The notes beneath the pieces were generated by a model, which made no database searches, had not been told where the DNA came from, and saw only the letters and a list, made by a program, of their open reading frames with translations. Both the position numbers and the translations under genes were made by a program. A stretch of DNA of 27,208 nt from Ginkgo biloba (Eukaryota; Plantae; Ginkgophyta), in assembly GCA_024626585.2 (NCBI GenBank), contig JANKJI020000002.1, positions 148,858,657-148,885,864 of the forward strand, given 5' to 3'. This document shows, piece by piece, positions 11,801 to 22,487 of the stretch; positions within the stretch are counted from its first letter, which is position 1; the number at the start of each line of letters is the position of its first letter.

Positions 11801-11900
11801 GAAAACTTCATTCTACACTATGCGTTGATCATATCGCCCACGGACTTGTACATGGACAAATTGTCATTTTAATTTTATTCAATCTTGTAGTAAGCCTAAT
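8892..11900 (+). mobile_element. Heavily degenerate Ty3/gypsy pol (RT-RNase H-integrase), non-chromovirus type
   Basis: Motifs appear in gypsy order across frameshifts and stops: INYCALNIATKD, KVVDHE, FRGFNQV, QVMLFVLTNA (about 9315), DPTKV...QLKGFLGLNGHY, FHIRIDT, TSRKLSLVE*NY, WLILFQE, LWWPTLF (10506), GLDFVRPF (about 10645), KWIEA, FRCP, DGQDECTN (about 11725). Confidence 0.9.
10667..11463. mobile_element. Non-autonomous TIR DNA transposon (about 800 bp, possibly hAT-like) inserted in the integrase core
   Basis: Integrase breaks after DFVRPF and resumes after 11463. The ends are CCTTAGTTACT and AGTAACTAAAGG, with a perfect 9-bp inverted core TTAGTTACT/AGTAACTAA. The flanks AGACCATT and TTACTATT match at 5 of 8 positions, a possible decayed TSD. 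The interior is non-coding. Confidence 0.6.
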
Positions 11901-12041
11901 TGTCCATATGGATATGAACTACTAGGATGACACATTAGTTGAAGTAGATAGAAATTGAAAAAAAATCAAAATGATATTATCTTTAATGATATGGGATTGA
12001 GCAACGTTCCTTGCCCTATTCTGCTAAGAAAAATTAAATGT

Positions 12042-13118
12042 TGTAACCCTAGGGGTTAAAGTGTTGGGTACATATATCCAACACATAATGGAAAGAAGGA
12101 AAATGGAAATGNNNNNNNNNNNNNNNNNNNNNNNNNNNNNNNNNNNNNNNNNNNNNNNNNNNNNNNNNNNNNNNNNNNNNNNNNNNNNNNNNNNNNNNNN
12201 NNNNNNNNNNNTATACATTTTCTCTCTCATAATAAATGAAGTGTCATGCCTTTTCTAAAATTAGGTTATGACCGTACAATTCTCCCTCATCATAAATTGC
12301 ACCCCATTTAGGGCATTAAATGCACCTTATTTTAACAATAAATGCGATTTCTTAAAACCCTAAATCGACTTTTACTAGTTTGACTGAGTTAAATCGTACC
12401 TTAACTCATAATGATGTCATAAATTCGTACTACAAGTCGGCTAAGGGCTTTGACCAAGTCAAACTATGTCATAAATGTTGGCTGATGTCATAAATCTACG
12501 TTTGACCAAGTCAAACCGCATATTAATTACTGCTAATGTGTTTTAAGGTCGGTTGATATCATGAATCCACATTTTGAGTCTTGACCAAGTCAAACTGCGT
12601 ATTAACTACTGTTGACGTGTTTTAAGGTTGCCTGACGTCATAAATGAGCCATATAGTTGGCTGACATCATATAAATGCGGCTGTACTTTATTCCTTAGAC
12701 ATAAATGTGTTGTTTAAAGGATTTTGACCGTTTTGAATGCTGTTGACTGCCTTTGACTGCTGCTGACCGCCTTTGACTGCTGTTGACATGTCATCCGCAG
12801 AGTTGCCACATCATCATTAAGGCTGCCACATCATCCTTAATGCTGCCCCGTCATTATTAAGGCTGCCACATCATCCTTAAGGCTGCCATGTCATCATTGG
12901 TCCTTTGACCACGAAGTAGGGCTGCTTTGACTCAGTCAACAATGTCTGACTAGCTGTTTTTATGCATATATTTGGACGGGCTGATGTCATCCTTTGACTG
13001 AATGAGGATGCGTCGTTTTCAAGTACTCGGCCTGAAATCTTCATCTTGAGGCGAATCCTGGTTGTCCTTAAAATAATATCTAGCTCTTTCGCCTACATTT
13101 TGCTATCGGCGTTTGACA
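12042..13118 (-). repeat. LTR-like repeat (family copy 2) with W-box/ACGT minisatellite arrays
   Basis: TATACATTTTCTCTCT at 12212 matches about 15953. GCTGCCACATCAT repeats are shared with about 16376 and 19801. It has TG (12042)...CA (13118) ends but no TSD, and it spans a 100-N gap. Confidence 0.55.
12802..12898. repeat. 20-bp minisatellite GCTGCCACATCATCMTTAAG, five copies
   Basis: Five adjacent copies start at 12802, 12822, 12842, 12862 and 12882. A separate 20-bp repeat TGCTGTTGACYGCCTTTGAC (about 2.5 copies) lies at 12738-12787. Confidence 0.9.
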
Positions 13119-14123
13119 GATTGGCCAAGGTCCGAATCTGTTGCAAACAATGAGCTTGATAGCATATGTGTTGAAGTAGCTGTTGCCCTCTGAAGCAAAT
13201 AGGCTGATGGAACATAAATTAAATACTACAATTAATTTTTAGAATTCTTTCAATATTGTCCTTCTCTGACCTAATACTTCCATGTGAAAATTTCCTCCAA
13301 TCCAAGTTGAAGTTTGCCAAGCATTCCTGTATTTTGGTACCGGATTGTGAACTCAAAAGGTTATGTTGTTTGTCTTTCACTTCGCCTGATTTGCTTATCT
13401 GAATAATCTTTCCACCCAAGGATAGATTATAATTACTTATAGATATGCAAGTTAGGCCTTTTCACTTTGCAGTCACGTGCATCAGGTCTAATTGTACCTT
13501 TTTTTATTATTGGCATCGTCCCCGTATATGTGTGGCTCTGGTCTTNNNNNNNNNNNNNNNNNNNNNNNNNNNNNNNNNNNNNNNNNNNNNNNNNNNNNNN
13601 NNNNNNNNNNNNNNNNNNNNNNNNNNNNNNNNNNNNNNNNNNNNNNNNNNNNNNNNNNNNNNNNNNNNNNNNNNNNNNNNNNNNNGTGGCAAAATTCTCC
13701 ACTATAAAATTATTTTCAGGCCACCTCAATCTTCTTGACATTTTTTCTTTTTAAAGACCCATTGTTTAAACCATTTATTTATTTACAAAATGGTATGCTA
13801 CTTGATATGTATAGATCTCTTCCTATATAAAGCGAATTCCATTTTTATTTATAGTGCAGTATTAATCTTTGCTTTCTGAAACACATGCTATTTNNNNNNN
13901 NNNNNNNNNNNNNNNNNNNNNNNNNNNNNNNNNNNNNNNNNNNNNNNNNNNNNNNNNNNNNNNNNNNNNNNNNNNNNNNNNNNNNNNNNNNNNNNNNNNN
14001 NNNNNNNNNNNNNNNNNNNNNNNNNNNNNNNNNNNNNNNNNNNNNNNNNNNNNNNNNNNNNNNNNNNNNNNNNNNNNNNNNNNNNNNNNNNNNNNNNNNN
14101 NNNNNNNNNNNNNNNNNNNNNNN

Positions 14124-14391
14124 ATATGTTTTATGTATTAGGGAAATCCCATTCTAAGGAAAAGTACACATTGATTAAGGCCTTGATTTTATCATCAAAT
14201 AATGGTCATTCAGCTTTATGAGCATAACAGACTTTTCAGTTGATGGGCTCACACCATCATTGTGGGTCTCATATGTTTTATGTATGTGAAAAAATCCCAA
14301 TCAAAGGAAAGCTTATTAAGGTTTTGATATTCTTATTGAATAAAGCTCATTAGACCTTATGTTTATAATACAATAGTCTTCTTTTCTGTTG
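14124..14391. repeat. Diverged two-copy tandem duplication, 147-bp period
   Basis: ATATGTTTTATGTAT...AAATCCCA...AAGGAAA...ATTAAGG...TTGAT starts at both 14124 and 14271. Confidence 0.75.
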
Positions 14392-14528
14392 CTATTATGC
14401 AGGTTTCTGCTGAATTCTTTTGCTTGGTTTTATTCTGAACATGTTGTCTTTCTAAATTTTTGGCTCATTCTGGATCGAGTTATTACCTGCCAATTATCAT
14501 CCAACCTTCTGGNNNNNNNNNNNNNNNN

Positions 14529-14575
14529 CCCAAGACAGTGAAACTCTTTGCAAATAAGGAGCATATGGGTTTTAG
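14529..14575 (+). CDS. PITH domain-containing protein (At3g04780-like), internal exon with its 5' edge in a gap
   Basis: Encodes PKTVKLFANKEHMGF(S). The donor is AG|GTATG at 14576. The acceptor is hidden in N-run 14513-14528. Confidence 0.93.
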
Positions 14576-14727
14576 GTATGCACTGGGTTTCATGAAATTC
14601 AGAATTGTTTCTGATCTTTCTTGTGGGATGCCTCTTACTGATTTTGGTTACAGTAAGCATCTGAATTGAACTATTGGGGATGTTATGTTAGTAAATTTTT
14701 TTGAATATTGAACAATGTGTTTTGCAG

Positions 14728-14785
14728 CAATGTGAATGACTTCCCTGCAAGTGATACTGTCATCCTATCACCAGAGAATCTTGAG
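14728..14785 (+). CDS. PITH domain-containing protein, internal exon
   Basis: Acceptor TTTTGCAG, encodes (S)NVNDFPASDTVILSPENLE, donor GTAATC. The phase is compatible with both neighbours. Confidence 0.95.
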
Positions 14786-14946
14786 GTAATCCTTGGGTGC
14801 TATACATGCAATCGAGAGAGAATCTTATTGCCTTCTAGCTCATAATCTCTGTTTGAGCAAGTGATTTTATTTTCTTTCAATTCAATTTCAATGCATAATG
14901 ATTTGTTGTAATGACCAATTGTGCATCATTTCTTTCTGTTTTGCAG

Positions 14947-14993
14947 GGAAAGCCAGTTGGCTTAAAGTATGTAAAATTCCAGAATGTTCGCAG
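14947..14993 (+). CDS. PITH domain-containing protein, internal exon
   Basis: Acceptor TTTTGCAG, encodes GKPVGLKYVKFQNVR(S) with the hallmark L.YVKFQNV motif, donor GTGTGT. Confidence 0.95.
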
Positions 14994-15156
14994 GTGTGTG
15001 CATAGGACATGGATACATTTTTTCCTACTGCTTCCCTGCCTGTAAAATGTGAATTTAATGTTTTTTGCTGTATGCATTTACTATTTACCTTTTAGATGCT
15101 TTGAAATATTAGTAACAATCTTGACAAGATGCTTGTATGTGATGAATTGGGTTCAG

Positions 15157-15234
15157 TTTGACCATTTTTATTGAGGACAATCAAAGTGGTGCTGATGTTA
15201 CAAAAATTCAGAAGTTTGTCCTTTATGGAACTAC
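15157..15234 (+). CDS. PITH domain-containing protein, probable penultimate coding exon
   Basis: Acceptor TTCAG, encodes (S)[25 protein letters not shown](T), donor GTAAGT. Confidence 0.95.
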
Positions 15235-15507
15235 GTAAGTTTACTGTTCCTTCAGTATGTGTTTGCATGCCATCAATAGTTTGCATTTTTATTATACTTT
15301 GTTTAGATTACACCTATAATACATACAGTTCAAATATGATCTTGCAAATTATAAATGCTGCTGCTTGCTTAAATATTATTATGTTGTAATGCTTGAATGT
15401 GTCATAAGTGAAGACTAGTTCCAATAATAATAAGAAAGCCGTCTTTTTACATATTTCCAAGTTTCCATATATCATTAAATGTTATTCACTTGCACATTCA
15501 TATTATC

Positions 15508-18500
15508 TGNNNNNNNNNNNNNNNNNNNNNNNNNNNNNNNNNNNNNNNNNNNNNNNNNNNNNNNNNNNNNNNNNNNNNNNNNNNNNNNNNNNNNNNNNNN
15601 NNNNNNNNNNNNNNNNNNNNNNNNNNNNNNNNNNNNNNNNNNNNNNNNNNNNNNNNNNNNNNNNNNNNNNNNNNNNNNNNNNNNNNNNNNNNNNNNNNNN
15701 NNNNNNNNNNNNNNNNNNNNNNNNNNNNNNNNNNNNNNNNNNNNNNNNNNNNNNNNNNNNNNNNNNNNNNNNNNNNNNNNNNTGTAAAGTAGAAATACAT
15801 GCATCAGTTGCACATATGCATCGGTAAATCACAACTACAAAAGAGACTAAACACATGGGGTACAATCTTCATTATTACCTGTAATTCACAGATATCAGCA
15901 AGTGTTAGGACAGGCCTCTCACACCTCCAACTTCTTTAATCTCCCTCCTATGTATACATTTTCTCTCTGTTAGAACTCAATTGACTTGCCTTTTAAAAAT
16001 GAAAGTTCATATCCCTAGACATGTCCCCTCACTAATGCTTATTTATTCATCATTAAATGCTCATTAATATCCGAATAAATGTGCTATTATTTAGCATTAT
16101 TAAATGCATCCTAGGCTTATTAATGCCCATCATTCCACAATTAAGTGCCAAATTGTTGCCATTAATTGTGCTGTCCATACGTACTGTACGGATGTCTAAT
16201 ACTGTTATGTACCTGGCTGATGTCATCTTTGACTCCTCACATCATCATTTTACCTTCTAGAGGCTGCCGTACATGTCATAAGTATGGTTGTCTTATGCCA
16301 TTAATGCTTGCTGGAATCTGCTGTACAGTGCTGGAATCTTCAGTTTCTGTCTGGAATTATATCCTCCTATGGGCTGCTGCCACATCATTAAACCACGGCT
16401 ACGTATGCTGCCATGCCATTCAGGTCTCATAAGCTGTCATCAATGCATCATAACTCTCACTAAAGGTGTCATTAAGGTCATAATTGCATCATTAATATTC
16501 TCCAGATGGCTTCAGACCACATGTCCATAACGTCCTCCTAACACATATAAGAAAAACATGTTCTCTTGTAGTGTTTTCTTTGCTTTCATCACTTTTAGAG
16601 TGTTATAAAACACCATTACTCCAATGTTGTTTGCCTTAAGTGTAACCTACTTCAAATTCTTTGATGTCCTCTAATCAGTTCTAACTTACCACTGTTAAGT
16701 ACCACCTAATTTTTTCTGTTAATTAACTGAAGATCTTTCACCAGTAACTAACAACACATCAACATTTCCAGACTTTGAACTAGCAAAACTAACCCAGTAG
16801 CTATTACAGAAGAAATATTACTATAGAGCCCGAAATGTTAGTAGAACAGTATCTATTAAAAGGAAATATTAATAGAGAATTTTTAGAGAAATTCTGGAGA
16901 ACAGCGCCATTGCTGTAGTTGAAGTCAGATTTATGCAGATAGACTCATCTTTGAACCCTTAATAATTATGNNNNNNNNNNNNNNNNNNNNNNNNNNNNNN
17001 NNNNNNNNNNNNNNNNNNNNNNNNNNNNNNNNNNNNNNNNNNNNNNNNNNNNNNNNNNNNNNNNNNNNNNTTGGTTTATTTTGGGCTTTGTAATGTCTTC
17101 GGTCACCTCGCAGGGCGTCAGAATCAGTCAACAAACAATAAATCATCGATCTACACACAGGTAGTCGGAAATAAGTTCATATGACCACGTCCAGGTGAAA
17201 GGAAATAAAGTCTTATGGTTGACTGTATCTTCGGAATTCAAAAATAGCGTCCAGGGTGTCCGGAAAAAGGGATAACCCCTTTTTCCCACGTGACCACATG
17301 TGAGGGCTAAAGGTTTTAAAATTATAGATTTCAAAATTTAATTAATTTAGTTTAATTTGTGTTAAACTTTAGAAAAAAAATAAAATTTTGATTTTTTTTT
17401 AAAACTTTTTATGTAGGGTGGCCTATGGGCCTATTCTGCTTTAATTCGAGATTTTTTGTCGATTTTCGAATGGATCTAGCACCCTCGACTCCACTTCGGC
17501 TCCTCGATGGTTCCATGGTGGTCTCCTCTTGGCCATTCAAGCGTTTCTTGCGGGCTCAAGGCCTTGCTCTCCTCACAGCATTATTCGATGTCGGATAGAG
17601 ACCCAGGACGTTCTATTGATCTCCTGTTGTAGTCCGGCGACATTCCATGTGAGCTTTGGTGGTTTCCTCCATTGTAGCTCAAGCCCAAGGTCCTGCGACT
17701 TTGTGCAGGGATAACAACTCTCATTTCCACCTTCCAAGCCCCGGGGTAGCGTTATTCACAGATCTGTGACAAACTGTGTCTCTCCAAGAGTGCCAAACTT
17801 ACCGCAGTTAATAATAACTTTCCACCTCCCCGCATCAAGGTTGACCTGAACAATGGCTCATGGCGTTACTCAACGACCCTAACACCGCTGCATTTCACTT
17901 GTGAATAGCCCTTCACCGTTGTGTTTCATCTACAAACAACCCTTTATTGTGACTACAGCAAGTTTCTTCTCACCTACTCCCAGCGCAGTCCTTCACAAAC
18001 CTGTCGCATTCCACATTATCCACACAACTCTCAATCTTCCCAAACAATGATGCACGGTCATCCTTCACATGGCATTGACCCTCCAACGGCTTACACAGGT
18101 TGTACGACTTCACAACTCTGGCCTTATGCCCTTCAATCATTTAACAGTGCTCCTCAACGTCTACAAATATCGCCCAAGCTTTAACAGTTCTTCAACACGT
18201 GAGTGGCGTCCAACATGTCGGAGACCCTTCACAACAGCATTCAAAACGACTAACTGCACGTAAATTCCACAGTCACTGGCAAAATAACAACAATTTACAC
18301 TATTAAATATGTCCAAACACGTTCANNNNNNNNNNNNNNNNNNNNNNNNNNNNNNNNNNNNNNNNNNNNNNNNNNNNNNNNNNNNNNNNNNNNNNNNNNN
18401 NNNNNNNNNNNNNNNNNNNNNNNNNATTTGGACAAAAAACAACTTTCTAAGCTTTGTCCAAAAATGCGTTATTCTTTGACTCATTAAAGCTTAGGACAAG

Positions 18501-19892
18501 GTGGCACCTCCTTGCTGGAAAAAGCTTCTCAATAGGTGGCTTTACTAACTTTCAAATTCAAAATTGTGGCGGTTACCACTACTCTCTTTCCTCAATTCAA
18601 AATTGTAATATTAAAGGGTATGTAACAACCGCACAATTGTTTTTGTAAACAAAGGTATAATATGTAACCAGCCAAGTTAATAGGAATGAATCTTAAATTC
18701 GTGTTTTGTTAACCTCCTGTAACTATGCTTTAGAGAAATATAACCTAAACCATGTAGTCGTTATGCTCAAGGTCTAGATATTACGGACATGTGGTCTTTC
18801 TTGAGCACATGTTAAGATTGATCTTCTCCTTTGCTATCTTTGTGCGCATTGAACTAGTGGGTGTTCACTAAATGTGGATCCCAGGTATGGAAACCACATT
18901 AGCAATAGGGTTTAGCAGTCATTCATTACCTTATTAGGCATGCATTAGTTACATAGTAGTAGTATGACATCATCACAAGAACATTAATTGCACAAGAATT
19001 GGGGTACAAAATTATTTTAGAAATGGATAATACAATGCATTAAATGCTAGGTTTAGGTCTCACACCAAACCCTAGGCATTTACACTTGGTTCTCACACTT
19101 TTGGAGCATATTCTCTCATATTTATAGATTCTCTCTTCATTAATTGAAATGACGTGTCTTTTCTATTTTTGAGTCATAACCCTAAATCTAGGTGCTTTTA
19201 TATTAATTATTCTCCTTTTTCTCTCATTAATTGTACCCTAATTTAGGGTAATATATGTGATTTGTAAGGAGCATTTATTGTGCCTTAAATAACCCTAAAT
19301 GTGGGTTAGGGCCCATGTCATCATCCTTAATAAATGTGACTTATTCAGGTTGGCTTTGACAAGCATTGACGATGGCTTTGACTAGCGTTGACCATGACTT
19401 TGACCACAACATTGACCAGTATTAAATGTTATCATTTTCTGACTTTGACCAGCTTTGACCAGGGATTTCATTGGCATTAATTGCTGTCCTTATTTGTGAC
19501 TTTGACCAGCAACTTCCCTTGGCATTAAATGCTATCATTTTTTATGACTTTTACCAACAATAAATGTTGTTGTTAATCAGTCAATTAACGTGGTTTGATG
19601 CTGACGTCAGCCTGCATAAATGCTTGTCGACTTATCCTTCATGTCATGTGCAACCTTTCCAAGGTTGTCGCATCACCATGCTGTCTTCAAGGATGCCATG
19701 TCATCAGGCTGTCATCAAGAATGATATGTCCATGCTGGTTTTTACATGTCATTGTGCTCATTTTACCACTGAATACACTCTTGCCATGTCATCTTATGAG
19801 GCTGCCACATCATTTGGCACCACCATCATCTGTCATTGTACGGATTTGTCGTCATTTGACTAATTCGTTTTATCACCAGAATTCTATTAACA
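15508..19892 (-). mobile_element. LTR retrotransposon derivative with two related but diverged LTR-like ends and no visible coding domains (LARD-like, or a scaffolded composite)
   Basis: The left repeat spans about 15508-16527, with TG just before the gap and a minus-strand PPT-like AGGAGGACGTTA (16528-16539) directly before TG. The right repeat spans about 18621-19892 and shares CATGCATYAGTT, GGGGTACAA, AGG..TCTCACACC and GCTGCCACATCAT. The internal 17101-17760 region is homologous to the leader of the 99-3820 element. It contains two 100-N gaps and no clean TSD. Confidence 0.5.
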
Positions 19893-20024
19893 GTGTGATC
19901 ATGCAGTTAGACTGCATGCTTTAGACTGTTCAATTGCAATTCTGGTCTAATCTTCTTTTGAAGTTTTTGCATGACAACAACATTAAAGTGTTCTTTGTCA
20001 ATGATGCTCAATAATCTGTGAAGA

Positions 20025-20200
20025 GAATGTGGATTAGCATGTTGCCCATTCCACATAGAGAACACCCATATTAGGAAATTGGTAGACACATGTACCTTTT
20101 ACGGCTATGGCTTTCTTTGCTAGTAATTTTCCCAAATGGCAGAGTTATGAAGGCATGGAAGTTGTTGCTAGTTGCCGTAAATGGTGGATGAAGTAAACAA
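20025..20200 (-). mobile_element. Possible L1-type LINE remnant (zf-RVT-like region)
   Basis: Frameshifted minus-strand fragments GKI...KG...FPN..CSLC...IHILF loosely fit KILT.DNL.KRG...PNRC.LC....E...HLF. The match is weak. Confidence 0.25.
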
Positions 20201-22314
20201 ATTTGTTTTTAGTAAAACATGACTTCCCAAAATGATCAACAGAAATAGGCTGATAGCCACAACCCATTTTGATCCCTAATGAAATAATTTCAAGAAGCTT
20301 TTTTTTCTTCATCCCAATTTNNNNNNNNNNNNNNNNNNNNNNNNNNNNNNNNNNNNNNNNNNNNNNNNNNNNNNNNNNNNNNNNNNNNNNNNNNNNNNNN
20401 NNNNNNNNNNNNNNNNNNNNCGAAATCAACAACATGTTGTCATTGACATCCCAATGATTTATGTGGAAGTAGTGGAACAAAGTATGTGGCTAGAAACTAC
20501 GTTTATAAATATATTTGGTAGAGAGCCAAAAAACCTTGCTTGCCACGACATCCAGCCCAATAACCATGCACTATTGTGACACCAAAATAACTATGATTTT
20601 TGCCCTCGATATTTCACACACAAGTTATCTAGAGGAGAGAAAAGCAACTAAATAGTTTTGGGATGAGGTCAGGGATATCACTTATGAATAACATAATCAT
20701 GAACACACACTAAGAATCTTTTATTTCATAATGTTGAAAACCTATTCAACCAAAGGAGCCAACAAAGCCAAAAAAGAAAGGAAAGTCAGTGGGACCAACA
20801 CTCAACTCAAAACCAAATGGAGCATTTCTCAATATCCAAAAATGCACAAGAGACTATGAAGAAGTTCAATTTGAGCCACACAAACAGGGAGTGAAAATGA
20901 TAAAAAAAGAGATCATATTTATGTGCCATCTTCTAGTTTGTCTGCTCTAATATGGTTTCCGTTAGCTTCTGCATTCTTCTTGTATTTCTTTCTGTTTGGT
21001 GGTTTGAAGATCTTAATCCATGCCAATCCTAGAAATATATCTCCTATTGTCATCTTTGGTTTAATTTTATCATCAGAGAGAAGGAACATTTAAATTATAA
21101 TGTAAACATCAAATATTGATTTATGGAAACATGACCTGAAGAATTAATGCTTGATTATGAACCAGTTGGAATTATGATAGTGCCTTGAGAATTCTTATTT
21201 TGAAAAGACTGTCATCGTAGAACTTGCATCAATTATCAAGCCAAGCCATGCTGAGAGTATAATAATGAGTATCCCACTCTAAAGTGGGATCCACCTGAGT
21301 CTAAGAATGGAGCTTAAGGAGTAAGACTTAGCAAGATCCCGAAGAAGTCGTGTGCTAGATGATTCCCTCTTGTCAAGCTAAGTAGGGACACATTGTTTTC
21401 ATGGTGCTACTCTCATATCATGTACAAGGTATCACATTCCCGGCACACTTTGAGTATCATGCCTTGCAACATATGTGGAATCTTGGAATCCATCCTCATT
21501 GCTTGTGGTTTTAGGAATACATTCACCATAGCTGTCCATGTTTAATTAATGTGGGCATGTAAGCATTAGGCATCCAAAGTATCTTCCACACCCAAAGGTC
21601 AAGTAGGTAATTACAAGAACATATCAAAGGGCATATAACCCTTGAGCAATCCATGCAAACAACCACTAGCTACAGTGGCATCCATGGAGCATACTTTTAT
21701 TGATAGAAATCTATGGATGAATATAGTAATGTGCTTATAAACAAATCTTACAAGACCTAATTATCAGGCTGACACCTTGTTGCTTACAACGTAGAATTGT
21801 CAAGCTAGCAAAGTGACCATCGAAAACAACAATTAAAGGTGTACCAATTAAGCTTCCAACCCTTTTCCAACTTTTGGGCTTGATGTCTTTTACATCTTTG
21901 TGAATTGCCTTTTGGTTCAGGTTTCAAAGTTGTTGTGGGAAATGCATCTTGGGCCAAGGCACACTGTTGAAATAGCCTCATGAAGCAAAACGAATTATAG
22001 GTATGACCTTGTAGAGCAAGGTGAACTGTAGATTCTACTTATTTGAAGTAGAGCAAATCGCTAGAGCAATCCCCTCCAAAGTACAACAAAGTATAATTTT
22101 TGAGGTTATTACCTCTTGTTTTTGCAAACCTCACTTGTTATACTTTTCTGGAATTCTTATTGTAGGGCAGATCTAAATATTGGGGGAACTCCAAAAAATC
22201 ACATGCTGCAAGTCAAAATCAAAAGCTTGTTCACAATCACTAATTAGAAATGTTGGAAGAATAGAGATCTCAAGTTCAAACCTAACTAGCACAGAACTTT
22301 CAAATAAGAAAATC

Positions 22315-22487
22315 TGAAATAACATTATAAAAACAAAAGCATAGATTCTTCAACAAATAAAAACGGATATTCTAGTATGGAATTATTCATAGATGGACTT
22401 TCATTGTAATGGCTACATATTTACTTAATAATCCCACTGTGGGAAAAAGAAAATAAAGTTAGATAGAAAGAGTTCTCAGGGCCAAGA
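22315..22487. repeat. Dispersed repeat, copy A (copy B at about 24945-25127)
   Basis: Diverged homology over about 120 bp, then 50 identical bp (TGTGGGAAAAAGAAAATAAAGTTAGATAGAAAGAGTTCTCAGGGCCAAGA) up to the gap. Confidence 0.85.

Noticed and set aside
13473-13545. Exon-like segment after TTTGCAG (SRASGLIVPFFIIGIVPVYVWLWS)
   Set aside because: No similarity to the PITH N-terminal exons. Hydrophobic translation is expected from T-rich intron sequence.
14403-14512. Possible acceptor at 14402 with an open frame FLLNSFAWFY...
   Set aside because: It is not PITH-like and is out of frame with PKTVK at the stated gap length. The real acceptor is probably in the 16-N gap.
19900-19918. Hairpin CATGCAGT-TAG-ACTGCATG, plus similar short inverted repeats at 18427-18462, 21271-21290, 24845-24867 and 26876-26895
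   Set aside because: These are isolated short stems with no convincing Helitron CTRR|T terminus or other supporting context.
21780-22150. Faint gag-like translation on the minus strand
   Set aside because: Too degenerate to assign without a search.
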